From the NCBI RefSeq assembly GCF_001447785.1, contig NW_015165302.1:186001-240065 (forward strand): DNA of 54,065 nucleotides, in the 5' to 3' direction. Shown in pieces: positions 34,722 to 47,978 of the stretch (position 1 is its first letter; each line of letters begins with the position of its first letter). The notes under the pieces are model-generated. The model saw only the letters and a program-made list of their open reading frames with translations. It made no database searches and had not been told where the DNA came from. The stretch comes from Gekko japonicus (lineage: Eukaryota). Made by a program: the position numbers and the translations under genes.

Positions 34722-35989
34722 CAGCACATGGAGGTTTTTCAATCTGTCTGTTCTATTCTTCTCCTTTTATCTTGAAAAAAAGATTTTATTCTTTTAAAAA
34801 TAATAGGAACAAGAAGAAAAAATAGAAATAAATAACAATTACAATGAGTAAATATGCCTTTGTGGTATTCTATTTTATCCTAAAAAGTAGGAATATGTCT
34901 GATTACTTTCATGTTTAGAGGAGAAATGTTGTTCTGGCGGATTGGATCAATTACAAGTACCGCAGATATTTGACAAATAGAACAGATATCTGCTTTTTCG
35001 CGTGATAGCTGAAAGTCTTCGATAGCCTCAAGATCTTATTTCTCAAGCAGAGGAAATTTTACAGTGTCTACAAAAAGAAAAGAAAAAAGAAATCTATATT
35101 CTCTGTCCATCCTATGGAAAGCAAATCACATTTTTTGGTCCGAACTACATTCCGTGGTAGAATTTCTATTATTAGAATAGGGTTGCATCCTTTTAAAATA
35201 CAAATATATGCATTGTTACTACTCATCTGATGTCCCTATTCAGATCACCCGAGAGAATTAATAGGAAACGGATAGTTTTTCGGGGGGGGGGGATGGGGGG
35301 TTGTGCTTTTTCATGAACAAAAGGATGAGTCCTAAAAAGAAAAGAAATTAGTTTATAAAGGGGGGCGAATGAAGAAGGGGTGTTTTGGGGGTCTTTTTAG
35401 CAATAAATTAGCGATTCCTGCCGAGGGAAATGACCGGCAGAGATCGTTCTAGGAATGGCTCTATAACGGCAAGGACCCCTCGGCCGGAAAGGGTGATGGG
35501 TGCGCTGATGTGGATCGCTCTGCAGTCAGAAGCGTGTTTGTGTGTGTGCGGGCGTGTGTGGTGAGTGTGCGGGCGGGCGGTGTATGCATGTGTGTGAGAG
35601 AGAGAAAGAGAGAGACGCACACAGACCCACACACGGAGGGAGGGGAGGGGAAAGCGGGGAGTGAGAAACCGGGGGGGGGGGGAGGAGAAGGAACCTTTCG
35701 CGCTCCTAATTATTCAGAAAGGTTAAAGGTGACGACCTTGACATTTTGGAAGTTCAAAGGCAGAGGCTTATGCTTTTCTGGCTTCAGATTTTTCCAAATT
35801 TTTAATTTTGCGCCCTGCTTGTCTAGAGTTGGTTTATTCGGCATATTCTCTCTTTAGCACTCCGGTGTGGGGTTTAAACGGGCGCAAACGGAACGAGACT
35901 CTCTCCCGTTTTGTTTAAAAAACCCAGATCTCCTTCCCCACTTCTTTATTGCTCGTGGCGGAAATCATTCCCTCCCTCCCTCTCTCTTT

Positions 35990-36175
35990 TGGCCTACCAT
36001 AAGGTGTATAATATAAGCCAATTAAGCTGTTTAGACCCTGGGCTTTTATGGTGTTGTCTAGACAGTTCAAGGTTTTGTAAACAGCCAGCCAGGTCAGGCA
36101 ACAGAAAGCGGAGCGAAGGGCCCCCAATCGAATTCTTCGCACCGATTTCTTTTTATTTAAGTTGGCAACTGAGTT
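35990..36175. promoter_or_regulatory. Putative enhancer 3' of Hoxd11 (position compatible with mouse regions VIII/IX)
   Basis: CCATAA, CAATTAA, TTTTATGG, TGTAAACA (Fox) and AGTTCA/AGGTCA half-sites; region identity inferred from position only. Confidence 0.35.
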
Positions 36176-37338
36176 TGGCGCTCCCTTCACGTGGAGACTT
36201 CCATTTTTGCTCCGCTGGGTTGTAGGCCTGGCCTGGCCAGAAATGGCATTTAAAACATGCCCTAATTTAGCTATCTCCCCCCGTCTGAATAGGTCGCCTT
36301 CCGTAATGCAAAGACTTGCTGAAAATGGGCAACGTTTTTAATCCTTTCCTGTAGGTGGAAACATCGGGAAAGAATGGGTAGGGGTTTTTTTTTAATGAAC
36401 CCTTTAATAGGGATGGATCTAGATCAAATGAAGGCATTTTCGAATACTCCCGGGTTGCCCTGGGAGAGCTTTTGCGCACGTGCTTCAATCCGACCGGATC
36501 CGATCCTTCCCTTCCCAAGGTGGGATGCGAAAAGGTCTCACAAGGGAAGGCAAGCAGGCAGCCATGTTGGGGCTTCTCCTACCCTGGGGGGCTCGGCAGC
36601 GGAGGGTCATTCGAGCTAGCGAGGATTCGGGGTGGAGGCCCCAACTGCCGGCTTCTAGGAAAGCCTTGGGGTCGGAGCAGAACTCTGCTGTGGGTCACTT
36701 CCCATTGACACCCTCAGGGACAAAGTTATATGATTCTTCCAAAGGTGGCTCTGCTAAGAATGCAAACGGCAAATACAAGTCCAACTTTTCTAGCAACCGT
36801 TTATTCACATCGACAAGACAGCGTCCCATGCTTTTCATATGGCAACAGCAACAGAGATATATCTATACAGGGTCATAGATATATCTAGATATATATACCG
36901 CAGATACATTACCACCTTTTTCAACAAACCTGTCAGAACGGGTATTCCTTAAAAAAAAAATGGCACCAACAGGTTTAACCCAATTTTTTTTAAACTACCA
37001 TATACATTTGAGTTGCGCTGGACTTAAACCCGCCGAAAGGGAGAAGGGGAAGAACATCAAGAGTGATTTAAAACGAAAATGAAGAAAATTGACTTTGGAT
37101 TTACCCTCTTTCCCCTCAGGAGAAATCAGCTCCGCCAAGTCCTGGACCTCTCCCGCAGACGAGGAGTGCTTGGAAGAACCAACGTTGCTGAACATGGAAA
37201 AAATGGCACCGGTTGTGTCCGCAGGGCGGCTGGCCTGGAAACCTCCTGATTTTTCCAAATTCATCTGGCCGATCGAGCCGAGAGAGGAGATGTTTTCTGC
37301 CTTTCCCCATCCCACCCCCACCCCCAAAGTTTGTCCTC

Positions 37339-37574
37339 TCAAAACAAGGGGTTCCCAGTGAAATACTGCAGACGGTCTCTGTTCAGTTTCTTTTCTTTCA
37401 TCCTTCGATTTTGGAACCAGATTTTCACTTGTCGATCCGTCAGGCTCAACATCCTGGACAACTGAAGTCTTTTCTCTTTGTTAATGTACACGTTAAAGAA
37501 AAACTCCCGCTCGAGTTCCCGGATTTGATACTTGGTGTAAGGGCATCGCTTTTTCCGGGATCGCTGGGGGATGG
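37339..37574 (-). CDS. HOXD11: Hoxd11 exon 2 (homeodomain)
   Basis: [78 protein letters not shown]; acceptor ctctccag. Confidence 0.97.
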
Positions 37575-38119
37575 CTGGAGAGTTGGGGGGGGGGGAGAAA
37601 GAAGGGGGAAAGAAGAAGAAAAGAGAATCTGACCCGACCTGTTCCAGGTTTGAAAAAAGTTCTTCCAAAAGAGGCTCTAAATCCAACATCTTCCTTCGGG
37701 CAACTTCACCAGCTAGAGAGCTGGCTCTTCCCCCCCCCCCTCCTCCCAAGAGGTAACACCCAGGGAGCTCCGGCATCACTTTGGATAACTTTGACCAAAA
37801 GGAGTTGGAGTAAAAGAAAACCGCCATATTTCCCTTTAAATAGATTTGCTGTTTACAGCAATAACAGGAAAAGAGGGGTTTTTTAAAAAAAATGTTGGAA
37901 CGAGGTTTCTTCCAAACCCCATTTTGCACCAGGAACAGTCCTGGTTTCTCCCCAACCCTCGCAGACTGGAGCTTCGTTTCAGAAGGGAAAGGGGGTTTCT
38001 TTCTTCATTCTTTAAGAGGACCACACCCCGAAGCGACCCAGGCTCCCAATCAACCACTCCGTCACAATTAATTCCCCCCTCCAAAGGATACCTTTTTTAA
38101 AGCCCACCTCAATGGCTTT

Positions 38120-38212
38120 CCTATCGTAAACCGGCTTTACGGGGCAAAGGGAAACCGGATCGGATATATAAAAGCGCTTTGGATGCTTATAAAACCGCGC
38201 ATAAAAACGCAA
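38120..38212. promoter_or_regulatory. Hoxd11 intronic posterior-Hox/Cdx site cluster
   Basis: TCGTAAA, TTTACGG, ATATAAAA, TTATAAAA and CATAAAAA within 90 bp. Confidence 0.5.
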
Positions 38213-38458
38213 AAGAAACAACAACTCCGGGGCTAACAACGCGGTGGCCTGATGCCCCGTGGAGGTCTCCCTCCATTCCCCCACCACCGCCACCCCTCTC
38301 CGTCCGGAGCTCCCCCCCGTCCATTCCCCCCCTNNNNNNNNNNNNNNNNNNNNNNNNNNNNNNNNNNNNNNNNNNNNNNNNNNNNNNNNNNNNNNNNNNN
38401 CCCCCTTATCCCGCCCCCCCCAGCCCCGAACGGCAGCCCCAGCGGCCTGTTGACCTAC

Positions 38459-38887
38459 CTGAGCCGCTGCTCTTCTCCGCCACGGCCTCCCCGGCGGGGG
38501 ACTCGGCGGCGCTTCCCGGCCCGGCGGCCTTCTTCTCCTGGCTGGGGAGGGGGGGCGAGGCTTTGCCACAAGTGCCGCCGCCGCCGCTGGGGGGCTTGAG
38601 GTCGCCCTTGGCGTCGCCCTCCGGACCCGCCTGCTCCGGCCCGGGGGCGGCGGCGTGGGCCGTCTCGTAGAACTGGTCGAAGCCCTGAGGGAGGATGCCG
38701 TTCCTGCCCACCGCGCTGTAGAAGGAGGAGGCTGCGGCGGCGGCAGCGGCGGCGGCGGCAGCGGCGGCAGCTCCGGGATGGGCGCCGCACACGGGCTCGC
38801 CCTTGAAGAGCACGTCGGTCCGGCGGGCGGGCGGCGGCAGGAATTCCCGGCCGTGGATCACTTCCTCGTAGTAGGGCGTGTAGGGGC
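38459..38887 (-). CDS. HOXD11: Hoxd11 exon 1, 3' part (start in gap 38888-39875)
   Basis: [25 protein letters not shown]...[20 protein letters not shown]...EKSSGS; donor TCAG|GTAGGT. Confidence 0.95.
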
Positions 38888-41800
38888 NNNNNNNNNNNNN
38901 NNNNNNNNNNNNNNNNNNNNNNNNNNNNNNNNNNNNNNNNNNNNNNNNNNNNNNNNNNNNNNNNNNNNNNNNNNNNNNNNNNNNNNNNNNNNNNNNNNNN
39001 NNNNNNNNNNNNNNNNNNNNNNNNNNNNNNNNNNNNNNNNNNNNNNNNNNNNNNNNNNNNNNNNNNNNNNNNNNNNNNNNNNNNNNNNNNNNNNNNNNNN
39101 NNNNNNNNNNNNNNNNNNNNNNNNNNNNNNNNNNNNNNNNNNNNNNNNNNNNNNNNNNNNNNNNNNNNNNNNNNNNNNNNNNNNNNNNNNNNNNNNNNNN
39201 NNNNNNNNNNNNNNNNNNNNNNNNNNNNNNNNNNNNNNNNNNNNNNNNNNNNNNNNNNNNNNNNNNNNNNNNNNNNNNNNNNNNNNNNNNNNNNNNNNNN
39301 NNNNNNNNNNNNNNNNNNNNNNNNNNNNNNNNNNNNNNNNNNNNNNNNNNNNNNNNNNNNNNNNNNNNNNNNNNNNNNNNNNNNNNNNNNNNNNNNNNNN
39401 NNNNNNNNNNNNNNNNNNNNNNNNNNNNNNNNNNNNNNNNNNNNNNNNNNNNNNNNNNNNNNNNNNNNNNNNNNNNNNNNNNNNNNNNNNNNNNNNNNNN
39501 NNNNNNNNNNNNNNNNNNNNNNNNNNNNNNNNNNNNNNNNNNNNNNNNNNNNNNNNNNNNNNNNNNNNNNNNNNNNNNNNNNNNNNNNNNNNNNNNNNNN
39601 NNNNNNNNNNNNNNNNNNNNNNNNNNNNNNNNNNNNNNNNNNNNNNNNNNNNNNNNNNNNNNNNNNNNNNNNNNNNNNNNNNNNNNNNNNNNNNNNNNNN
39701 NNNNNNNNNNNNNNNNNNNNNNNNNNNNNNNNNNNNNNNNNNNNNNNNNNNNNNNNNNNNNNNNNNNNNNNNNNNNNNNNNNNNNNNNNNNNNNNNNNNN
39801 NNNNNNNNNNNNNNNNNNNNNNNNNNNNNNNNNNNNNNNNNNNNNNNNNNNNNNNNNNNNNNNNNNNNNNNNNNNACCCCGAGGGTCTGGGGAGGCTTCT
39901 AGGTCTCTTTCTGTGCCCTAACTGGGCAGTGTCTCCACCGCCTGGCTCCCACAGGTCTGGTTCCAGCAATCGTTCATATGATCTCCCCCCCTCAGTACTC
40001 TCATTTCCCCAGATAGCAACAGTGGACATTTTTCAGACGGATCCTACCCAGAGCCCATCCCGCTTTTCACCCAATAAAGAGCTGCCCCAGTTCCAGGCTG
40101 CATCAGACACCCTGAGGTGGGGCTCTCGAAACCGAGCAGAGTAGCGATCGCCTTGTGGAAGACGCCCGGTCCCGTCCTTGAGCGGCGCGCCGGCCCGCCC
40201 ACACTCCGCCGGGTCTCTCCCCCAGCTAGCGGATCACCAATGTCATTTGAAGGAGAAGGATAAATATAGATATAGATATATCTAAAGGAAAGTATATATA
40301 TACTTTCAAATCCTCAAAGAACAAAACAGAGACACACAATCTGTCCTAAGATCTTGGCTGTGTGTTTCCCAGTGGCCTCTAAAAACATTTCCCCTTCCAA
40401 AAATATGCACATTCCAGGCGCAGGAAAACAGATTTGGCGGGGGGGGGGGGAGTCGATAATACCATAATAAAACTGCTCTGTAATACACATATGCCTCGAA
40501 CGCCATACGGCGGGAAAACCCAGAAAAGAAGGAAACAAAGACCCTTCGGGAAAGACGGAGCATGCCCACGTCTCCGAGAGGGTCCATCCGGCCACGGTAC
40601 AATGTCAAGTTTACCCATCCGCCGCTCCTTCCACCCGCTACCGAAAACGCCTTTCAGTGCGAAACATGTTTCCTCAGGACGACGAGCTGGAAATCCCAGT
40701 TTCACCCCAGCCAGAGAACCAATCTTAAAGTAAGACGAACGTGAGCAGATTCTCATAATTGTCTCTGACGGTATGTTTAAAGACCGAGGCCATACACAGA
40801 TGACTTTCGGGGGGAAATGAAAACAAGAACCGCGAGGAAAGCCACGGCGCCGCGTACTTACAACTTCCCACACAACAACAAATTCATCCCCTGGCCCGCA
40901 ACACTGCCAGAGGAGAAAGATCCCACGACCCACTTGTTGTCCAGGCGCTTCCAAAAATTGCATTGGATTCATTGGCTACAGCGGGGAACAGGACTGGCTC
41001 GTCTGCGTGGACTTATGCCGGCTGCTTAAATATAATGAACATGTTTTATATAGTTTTAATAATACACGCTCTGCAGGGAGCCAGCGACAGAAATGACTGT
41101 GGTTATATTAAATTGTATCATACTATATTACATGATGTGTCATATAAGCATAGCTCTTTGCTACCACAGAAAAACCCAGGAGTGACTCCAGAAGAAGAGC
41201 AGATAACTGGGCCATTGACTGCAAAGACATTCAGAACGCGGAAAAAAGCCTCTTGACTGCCATCCGCAATGACAACCCCATTATAGACAATCCCGCAGCG
41301 CTCGAGGCAGGAAGCCGAGATCGCGGCTCTGCTCCTGGCCAAACATCCTCGCCTCTTGGCCCGGACAACGCCTAAATCTGAGTCTCTTTCCTGGCTTGGG
41401 AGGGGAAGAAACAAACAGCTCCTCCTGCGCCCAAAAGCCACCCTTCAAATGTCCCGCATTGGTCTGCGCTCGCCTCCTCTGCGCCGGGCGCCATGAACAC
41501 CACCCACAAGAGCCTCCGGCGGAGAAGCGCTATGCCAAGCCCCACCAGGGGCAAACGGTTTCGACGCAACAACAACAACAGCAACGAAAATACGAGATCG
41601 CCTCCTCTGCTTGTGAACGTTCAGGTTGGGGTTCTGCTGCAACGAATGGATCCTCCTCCCTCCTTCCCTCCCTCCCCAAAGTCGACTGCGCAGCTAAAAT
41701 GGCTCCTGAGCCTCCTTCTCGCCGTGGGGGAAAAGGCAAAAGACCTTCATTGGGAGGGTGCCTTCAAGAATCCTCCAGAGCGAGCGGAGCAGGGCTCCTG

Positions 41801-42138
41801 CAGGACAGCAGACAAGCAAGCCCACCACCGTCCTCTTCCTTCCTGTCTCGCCTCCCACCCGTCTCGAGTCGCCACCCCACAGGAAACCATCCGCCAGGTC
41901 CTCGCCAGCACCACCATAGCTGCTTCTCCTCTGCGTCATGGATGCTTCTCCTCTACTGCAGATGCGGACCGGAGTCGGTCAGTGGCCACCGCTTCAAGTT
42001 CAAGGACATCACGACCACTGGCAAGAGACCACTCACGTTCTGGAGAGGCTGGTCCGAGACCCCCCACCTGGGGTTTCCTTGGCCAAGGACAAACCTGGGC
42101 TCGTCCGATTTCTAGAGCTTTCCCTCGCCTGAAAATCC

Positions 42139-42224
42139 GAGCAATCCTAAACCGAGTTACGCCCTTCTAAAACCCATAGGCTTCAATGGACTCAGAAGGG
42201 TGGTAGCCTCGCTTAGGATGGCCC
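42139..42224. repeat. Short imperfect palindromic element (MITE-like)
   Basis: gcaatcctaaaccgagttacgcccttct...ccat and atgg...agaagggtggtagcctcgcttaggatggc are inverted arms around a short ttca-containing centre. Confidence 0.65.
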
Positions 42225-45200
42225 TGGCAGGTTTTTCAACGCGATCAGCAGATCCCCTGACTCGACGCATTAGGCAACATCACACCAAACCCAAGCTGTA
42301 CAAAGCGCACCAATGCCATGACTTTACCGTTCGTCGTCTTGCCAGCACCGCGCTCCTCGCCTCCGGGCACCAGCGGGGGTTCTAGTCCAAGTGGCATTTC
42401 CAAAACAAAACAAAAAACCTTTGATGGAAAATTAGGACGATCCGCAAGAGACTCGGGAGGAGGTGGAAGGCAGGCAGGCAGGCAGAAAACAATTATCCCA
42501 GGTCCTGGCTGGAGAAGGTGCGGTATTTTGTGCCACCCAAGATAAGACACTAACTTGACCTTAACTTTGTTATGGCGCCTCCAGTATCTGGAGAACGTGA
42601 GCAGACGCTGTCTGGCAGCTCTCGTAAAAACTGACTGGAGAAGAGATTCTGAGTCATTTCGTTTATGGCCACGACGGTGCGGCAAAGAGGCTTTCTTTCC
42701 CCCCCCCTCCCTGCCAAACTTTAATTATTTATGCTCTTTTAGGGGGGGGGGACACAAAAGCGCCCGGAGCCATTTAAAACAATCGGAGGGGACGGTCCCT
42801 TTTTGCCTTATCAAACTCCCAGGCATGGCTGAAGCGCCTCCGCTTAGCCTATCAGAGAGGAGGACGGGCCCCCCACGCCAGCAAGATGCGGATTTGGGGC
42901 TGACTGGGGAAGATCGATGGCCGCCACGGAAGTGTCACTCGTGAAGCGCTACAGGCATGGCGGTCCGTGTGACTGTGTTTGTGTGTGTGTCTGTCGGTGA
43001 GTGTGTGTGTGGGGGAGAAAGAACGCCTTCTTATCTATACACACANNNNNNNNNNNNNNNNNNNNNNNNNNNNNNNNNNNNNNNNNNNNNNNNNNNNNNN
43101 NNNNNNNNNNNNNNNNNNNNNNNNNNNNNNNNNNNNNNNNNNNNNNNNNNNNNNNNNNNNNNNNNNNNNNNNNNNNNNNNNNNNNNNNNNNNNNNNNNNN
43201 NNNNNNNNNNNNNNCCTCCATGACCACCCTACCCTGTAGCAACGTTCGATCCCCATTTCTTTTCTCTGCCTGTTGGGAGGGGGGGGGGCGATGATACAGT
43301 TTCTCCTCGCCTTGAAGGAACAGGCACCAAAGCCAAGGCTGCGATCCCAACCGCTGTGACTCAGGAACAAATCCCAGAACGATGAATGGGGATCCTTTCC
43401 TAAAAGAGCCCATCTGAAGCCCGAAAGCGGGTGCGAATCCATTCAAAATCCCTTAAAAATAACGCGTGGAAGGCGGCAGGATGTCGATTCCACCCGCAGA
43501 TACGCCTTCGCGGTAGCCTTTTGGATCGGTCTCGCCCAAGCACCTTTGTCCGCAGTCACACAGCGGCGTTCCAGCCTCCCCCCAAAGTTACCCCCTATTA
43601 TTAGCTGCAACCACACATGATGCCGATACACCTATCGCAGCAACCCCCCCCCCCAAGAGCTGACCACCCCAGCAGTGCTCCTTCCCGAAGCAGCTCTTTG
43701 TCCCCTGCCCTTCCCTCTGCCCGAGCCTACTCAGAAGTAAGTCCCACCGCGTCCAGCCATGCTTGCTCCCAGGTAACTGTGCATGGGACCGAGCCCTGCA
43801 TAGAGTCCCTTTCTCTGTGCGGACCCTGTTGTTTGTTTGCATCGGAATTAACCGGTTTTTGAACAGGGATGCATTGTGCAGCCAGGACTCTGTGCTTGGG
43901 TGACGTAATCAAAAATCCGGGGACATCGGAGAAGATCCATATTATGCACCCTGCATGTCCTCGGGCCCTCTTTATCCTTACGTCTCCCCCCCCCACTCCC
44001 ACTCCCCCCCTCACCCCCACGGTATTGCTTTCCACACCTATGAAGGATTTCATCTCCACACCTATCCAGAACTGTCGGGCTAAACAAGCCTAACAGTAGG
44101 CAGTATCTTTTCTACGTTCAGCTGCGCTGTGATTCCGAAAACCCTGGTTGAATCCAGTCTTTGAAAGCAGTACCAGCCGCACCAGCAGCGAGATGAATCC
44201 CCCACCCATTAAAAAAGGGGGGGACGAGACCACCGTTTCCTTTTTGGGTTTGGGGTCGGGACGCAAGAAGCCTTATTTGGCGACTGAACCGCCGGCGGAT
44301 CCCGCCCGGGACGACCTAATGCGAAACCGAAGGGGCTGCTCTGCGGGATTAATTTTCGCAAATAAATCCAGACTCAACTTTAGTTGTCAGTATTTATTTA
44401 ATTCCACTGATATTTATTTTATTTTATTTAAATCGCTCCGTGTGATTCTCGCAGTTCTATCTGGGAAGAAGAAAACGAGAAAGAGCGGGAAGGAAACGGG
44501 CGTTTGGAGTCGGGTTCGGCCTTCGGCCTTGGGGAAAAGTGCCCTCGTTCCTGCCTCCTCCTCTCAGTAGTTTGAGGCCTCGTGAAATATTTATCCTAGA
44601 TCTATAGATGAAGATCCAGAGTTAGAGAAGAACAAAGGAGAAAAATTCACTCTCCAACAGCCCTGCGGAGGAACCATCGCCGGCTTTGGAAACGCGGATT
44701 GCTTTTTGCGCCGGTTTGTATTTCACTGGAATAACAACCTGCAATTATAAATTTATTGTACGAACTTGGTGGCGATGCCTTGAATGAATATGTGGAAATG
44801 CATTTTTTCTCTCCAGATGTGAAATAACAACACGGACGGCAACAGCGCTTAGGGGCGCTGCAATGAAAAAGATTCACATTTATATTTTAAAAAGATCGAA
44901 CCAAGACCAAAATCTGGGTTTCAAAATTGCATTTGAGAGACTACACTTTTTCTTTTTTTTTAAGCAATGCTATACGAAACCGGTAAAGTATATAACCCTC
45001 GCCTCCATTTTATTTTATTTTTCTTCTTCTTACACAGATTACGTAGACAATTCCCCGCCTTTTGAAGACTGGAGAGATCTCCGAAATAAATAATTCTTCT
45101 CTCGGTCATAAGACGAACTCCGGGGAAAATCGAATTACAGGAAAATACCCGACATTTCCATCTGGGCTGACGCTATTTTGTTTTTAAATTTACAGCATTT

Positions 45201-47026
45201 GATTTGCAAAACACCCACCCACGAAGTATGCCATGCGCCAAAATTACAGTACCCCAAAACTAAAAAACAAAAACAAGAACCAAACCCCCTCGAAAGTCAG
45301 CCCCCCGCTTCTGTGTACCGAAAATGGAAACACGTCCCCAATTACCCCCGCGTTTAAGGGATTATCCCCCCCCCCTTTGTGCTTAAAGCTAATGGGAGGC
45401 GGAGGGGGCGGGCCGGGAGAGACAAGCGGAGGCTCCGACGGCGCGGCGGCATCCCTTTGTGCCCCTCGGTCGGCCTTGTGGTTGGCCCGCCGCTTTTGGG
45501 CAAGGCCAAAGTCAAGCGAAATCCGAAGGCGAGCCTGGCAGGCGGCTCCGCCAAGGGCAACGGTGAAAGGCGAGGAGAAGCTGCGGCCAAACAAATGGCG
45601 GGAGGCGGGGAGGCCGAGGCGGGGGCGGGGGAGGGAGGAAGAGGAGCAGCCAGACGGCGGGGTGGCCTGCCTGGGCCTCCCTCCTTGGAGGAGAAAGGGG
45701 GCTCCCCTCGGCCTGGGACGGAGTGGCCTTCTGCTCTCCGGTCCTCCGTCCCTCCACCACCACCCCCAACGACTCAAGGGGCTGGCCGAGGGAGGGGGCG
45801 CGCCTGGGCGTTGTTTCCCGGCGCCCGCAAAAGGAAGGCAAACAAAAGAAACCCCTTCCAGGGCGGCGGGCACACCGGGCGGGGGGAGGCACCTTGGGGG
45901 GGGGGAATTAACTGCTGGGTAAACCCACCGAGGACGCGTGTGCAAGAACTTCTGGAGCCCCCAATCTCCCCCACAGAAATGATCCTTACCGAGCTGCCTT
46001 TCCTGTTAGTAGAGCTCTCTGTCTCTCTGTCTCTGTCTCTCTCTGTCTCTCTCTGACACACACACACACACACCAACCAGGAGGGCTCCAGGAGGGAGAT
46101 TTTTCGTAGCAACTGAAAATACTCGACGGGAGGTCGACTGCTCCTATCCAGGCGTCCAGAATGGGGAGGGGGGGGGTTGCCTGGCCGAGCAACTGAGGCC
46201 GGGTAGACCCCATCTCCTTTCCTACAAAGTGACGGGCCTTGGTGGGCCGCGAAGTCCGCCAGTGACCTTGCCCTTCCTGGANNNNNNNNNNNNNNNNNNN
46301 NNNNNNNNNNNNNNNNNNNNNNNNNNNNNNNNNNNNNNNNNNNNNNNNNNNNNNNNNNNNNNNNNNNNNNNNNNNNNNNNNNNNNNNNNNNNNNNNNNNN
46401 NNNNNNNNNNNNNNNNNNNNNNNNNNNNNNNNNNNNNNNNNNNNNNNNNNNNNNNNNNNNNNNNNNNNNNNNNNNNNNNNNNNNNNNNNNNNNNNNNNNN
46501 NNNNNNNNNNNNNNNNNNNNNNNNNNNNNNNNNNNNNNNNNNNNNNNNNNNNNNNNNNNNNNNNNNNNNNNNNNNNNNNNNNNNNNNNNNNNNNNNNNNN
46601 NNNNNNNNNNNNNNNNNNNNNNNNNNNNNNNNNNNNNNNNNNNNNNNNNCCGGGGGGGGGGAGCTACCTGTTTTTTTTTTTAAAAAAGCGGGGGGGGGGG
46701 GAGAGACTGACACTCCCTTTCCTTCCTTCCTTCCTTCCCTCTCTGGGGTGGGGGACTTCGGCTAAAAGAGACGCCTGTCGCCCCTTTCCAAAGCCCCCCA
46801 GGGTGCGGCTGGGAAATCTGAGCGTCCGGAGGGGCTCCCTGGGGGGGAAGATGGCCGCTAGAGATCCCCCCCTCTGCCTTTTCTCCGGGCGTCCTTTTAT
46901 CTCCCTTCCCCTCCACCCGCCGAGAGCCCGGCGGGAGCCACGCCAGAGGCAAGGTCATGATTAAGCCGGAGGCCGAGGCGGAGAGAGGGCCCCCCCCCCG
47001 CCCATCCCTGGCCCTGGGCGGCGTCT

Positions 47027-47268
47027 CTAGTAGAGGGCGAGGGCTTGCTCTCGCATCGCCGCCCGCTTCTTCTTCATCCGCCGGTTCTGGAACCAGATCT
47101 TCACTTGCTGGTCGCTCAGGTGGAGCCGGTGGGAGAGCTCCTTCCGCTTCTGCCGGTTGATGAACTCGTGGCGGAGGAACTCGCTCTCCAGCGCGGCGAT
47201 CTGCTGCTTGCTGTAGGGCCGGCGCTTTTTCCTCGACGGCCTCCCTTGGGTGGGGCACCAGGGCAGAC
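47027..47268 (-). CDS. HOXD12: Hoxd12 exon 2 (homeodomain)
   Basis: [80 protein letters not shown]; acceptor tgttgcag. Confidence 0.95.
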
Positions 47269-47978
47269 CTGCAACAGACACGGCGAGAGGGTTGGGGTGG
47301 ANNNNNNNNNNNNNNNNNNNNNNNNNNNNNNNNNNNNNNNNNNNNNNNNNNNNNNNNNNNNNNNNNNNNNNNNNNNNNNNNNNNNNNNNNNNNNNNNNNN
47401 NNNNNNNNNNNNNNNNNNNNNNNNNNNNNNNNNNNNNNNNNNNNNNNNNNNNNNNNNNNNNNNNNNNNNNNNNNNNNNNNNNNNNNNNNNNNNNNNNNNN
47501 NNNNNNNNNNNNNNNNNNNNNNNNNNNNNNNNNNNNNNNNNNNNNNNNNNNNNNNNNNNNNNNNNNNNNNNNNNNNNNNNNNNNNNNNNNNNNNNNNNNN
47601 NNNNNNNNNNNNNNNNNNNNNNNNNNNNNNNNNNNNNNNNNNNNNNNNNNNNNNNNNNNNNNNNNNNNNNNNNNNNNNNNNNNNNNNNNNNNNNNNNNNN
47701 NNNNNNNNNNNNNNNNNNNNNNNNNNNNNNNNNNNNNNNNNNNNNNNNNNNNNNNNNNNNNNNNNNNNNNNNNNNNNNNNNNNNNNNNNNNNNNNNNNNN
47801 NNNNNNNNNNNNNNNNNNNNNNNNNNNNNNNNNNNNNNNNNNNNNNNNNNNNNNNNNNNNNNNNNNNNNNNNNNNNNNNNNNNNNNNNNNNNNNNNNNNN
47901 NNNNNNNNNNNNNNNNNNNNNNNNNNNNNNNNNNNNNNNNNNNNNNNNNNNNNNNNNNNNNNNNNNNNNNNNNNNNNN

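Noticed and set aside
41396-42170. Antisense 225-239 aa ORFs
   Set aside because: Two overlapping frames of Ser/Pro/Arg-rich sequence with no recognisable homology.
43230-43239. TACCCTGTAG, matching the first 10 nt of miR-10
   Set aside because: No precursor fold-back; 3.8 kb past the Hoxd12 stop, so not demonstrably in a 3'UTR.
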